Positions 62,084 to 64,000 of a stretch of 64,000 nucleotides of DNA are shown in pieces. Source of the DNA: Pristiophorus japonicus (lineage: Eukaryota); contig NC_091986.1 in NCBI RefSeq assembly GCF_044704955.1, positions 164,920,001 to 164,984,000 of the forward strand. Reading direction: 5' to 3'. Both the position numbers and the translations under genes were made by a program. Numbering within the stretch: the first letter of the stretch is position 1; each line of letters begins with the position of its first letter. A model generated the notes under the pieces. The model had not been told where the DNA came from. It saw nothing but the letters and a program-made list of their open reading frames with translations, and ran no database searches.

Positions 62084-64000
62084 GGGTTCAATTTTCCACA
62101 TGTGTGGTTTTTGGTGCAGTTGAAGATGTATGTCCGATTTTATTTTTGTGGCCTGACTGTGCCAGAAATTTTTTTTCCGAGTTTCGCCGGAATTAACTTT
62201 GAATTTGGCGCGTCGCACATTGGCCTTAAGCTCTGTGGGTGGAGCTTAAGGCCTGCATCAAAAACTGATGTTGCTAGAATAATGAGGGATGCTCTGAAGA
62301 GCTGAGGCTGGGAACGGAAACTGACGAAGGGCTGAGGCTGGGCTGGAAATGGAAAATGATGCTGCTACTATCCCAGGCCAAAAGGCACCCACCAAAAAAA
62401 CATTCCCGTTTTGCATGTGATGGGTATGTTGTGCTGTGCACTTTCAGAGCTGCTTGTGAGTATAAAAATTGGAGCTGCTGCAATATGGATCATGGGGCAA
62501 AGACCAGGAATTTTCAAACTGAGGCCCTGGTTTCTTTCATTGAGAGCAGATGGCACGAGCTTCAGAACAAAGGTCCAGTTAAAGTAAAGACAAAAGAAAT
62601 GAACAAACATTGGGACAAAGTTGGAGATGATTTCTCTGAAGTGGTGACCACCCCGAGGACCGGCAGGAAGGTCAAAAACGCAGGACCTTGGCCAAGTAGT
62701 TTGTGTAAGTAATATTTTTATTTATGCACTGGAACTCCAGTTGTAAATGTGACCATCTGCGTGTGCCACCACAGCAGACCCTTTCTCTTAAAAAGTTCTA
62801 TTTTCATCTTTGCAGAGGAAAGTGGGGCACAACAGAGAGCGAACAGGAACTCGAGGAGGTTCGACAAATGTGAAGCGACTGACATCCCTGGAAGTGAGGA
62901 TCGCTGGTATGATTGGTGCTGGCTTAGAAGGTCAACAACTGGTGCACAAGCTGGGCCCAGCTTACAGAGAGAGGGTAAGTCCTCATTCATCGTGGTCCTT
63001 CAAATGAGCCTACGCTGTGTGAGCCTACTCATGCCACTCTGCCCCCTCCCCTGCTGCTAACTGATCGTCTGCCCTGTTATATTTTGCAGAAGTTACGCTC
63101 ATCCCTGAGGAATCACAGCCCCCTGCCACAGAAGAACAATCATTCGTGGAGGAGCTTGACCAGGATGAAGTCTTTAATGCAGAACTTCCACAGGAAGATC
63201 AGGACGAGGATGAGCAGGAGGATCAGGGGGGATTGGGAAAGCCCCAATGTTGAGACTGTGACACTATATCTGGAGGAGTTGGTGCCTCACGTGGATGTGC
63301 CAAGCCCTTTCTGGACTGTTATGAGTGAGCGGACATTTCATGCTGTCCCACAGTCCGAGGTTGCAGGTCCCAGTGGGTTACAGCGAGCCACACCCAGAGT
63401 GAGGAGGGAAAGGAGAACTCGAGAGCGCTCTCCTGAAATGCAGGATCCAACAGATGTCATTCAGTTCATGGCAATGAGTGGGGAGAGCATTGAGCTTGCC
63501 CAATCACTCCTGGACACCATGAGTGGGGTGGGTCATGAGATAGCGGGATTGTCGTCAGAAGTAACGACACTCTCGGGAGAAATGGGAACACTGTCACAAC
63601 ACATTAGGGAGGGAATGTTGGAAGTAGCTGATACACTGTCTGGGCAGATTAGGGAGGGAATGTCGGAGTTAGCTGATACACTGTCGGGGCAGATTAGAGA
63701 GGGAATGTCAGAGGTATCTAATACACTGTTGGGGCAGATTAGAGAGGGTCTGTCGGAGGTAGCTGATACACTGTCTGGGCAGATTAGGGAGGAAATGTCG
63801 GAGTTAGCTGCTGCAATAAGGGAACAGGCTCAGGCTCTCATTGGCCAGCGGCGAATGAAGGATTCAACTGGTAACACTCGCACTCCAATCCCCAGACCAA
63901 CCTCAGGTGGTGTGCCGGTGCATCCACAGGCTGAGGGAAAGGCTGAGGAGGCCCGAGCCGGGCCTTCCACAATGCCGTCTGTTAGGGCCCACATCCGCCA
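62084..64000 (+). mobile_element. Harbinger transposon left part with spliced Myb/SANT gene (runs off the window)
   Basis: TAA then GGGTTCAATTTTCC TIR-like start. Exon 1 ~62485-62704 (RNFQTEALVSFIESRW...WDKVG...TPRTG, GTAAGT). Exon 2 ~62816-62973 (TTTGCAG acceptor, GTAAGT donor). Exon 3 from ~63090 is acidic, then open to the window end. Confidence 0.8.
63585..63812 (+). repeat. 45-bp in-frame tandem repeat, about 5 copies (DTLSGQIREGMSELA)
   Basis: Units start at 63630, 63675, 63720 and 63765, with a partial unit from 63585. Confidence 0.93.

Noticed and set aside
63585-63812. Possible CRISPR-like array
   Set aside because: Contiguous units without spacers, in frame, in a eukaryotic context.

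Overview
Eukaryotic, repeat-dominated window. The repeat content (CR1 LINEs with (TTCTATG)/(TTCTTATG) tails, L2-like LINEs, Mag-type Gypsy elements, PIF/Harbinger transposons) is what I would expect in a cartilaginous fish such as a shark; this is an inference. I found no host protein-coding gene. 1-27.5 kb is a pile of nested Gypsy, CR1, L2 and Harbinger elements. 27.5-41.5 kb is AT-rich and mostly unique, with scattered old repeats and a 132-N gap. 41.55-58.87 kb is one Harbinger transposon (TIRs, TTA TSD) containing a full Gypsy element (GTCTG TSD), which in turn contains a near-complete CR1 and a second full Gypsy element (ATACG/ATATG TSD). 60.5-64 kb holds further Harbinger Myb/SANT genes. 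The most unusual element is at 9581-13831: a decayed gene for a class I fusion glycoprotein (fusion-peptide end, heptad repeat, Cys region, second heptad repeat, TM anchor) followed by a purine tract and its own ~510-bp LTR. It looks like the 3' end of an env-bearing endogenous retrovirus-like (lokiretrovirus-type) element, split by a Gypsy and a CR1 insertion. All alignments and counts were done by eye.
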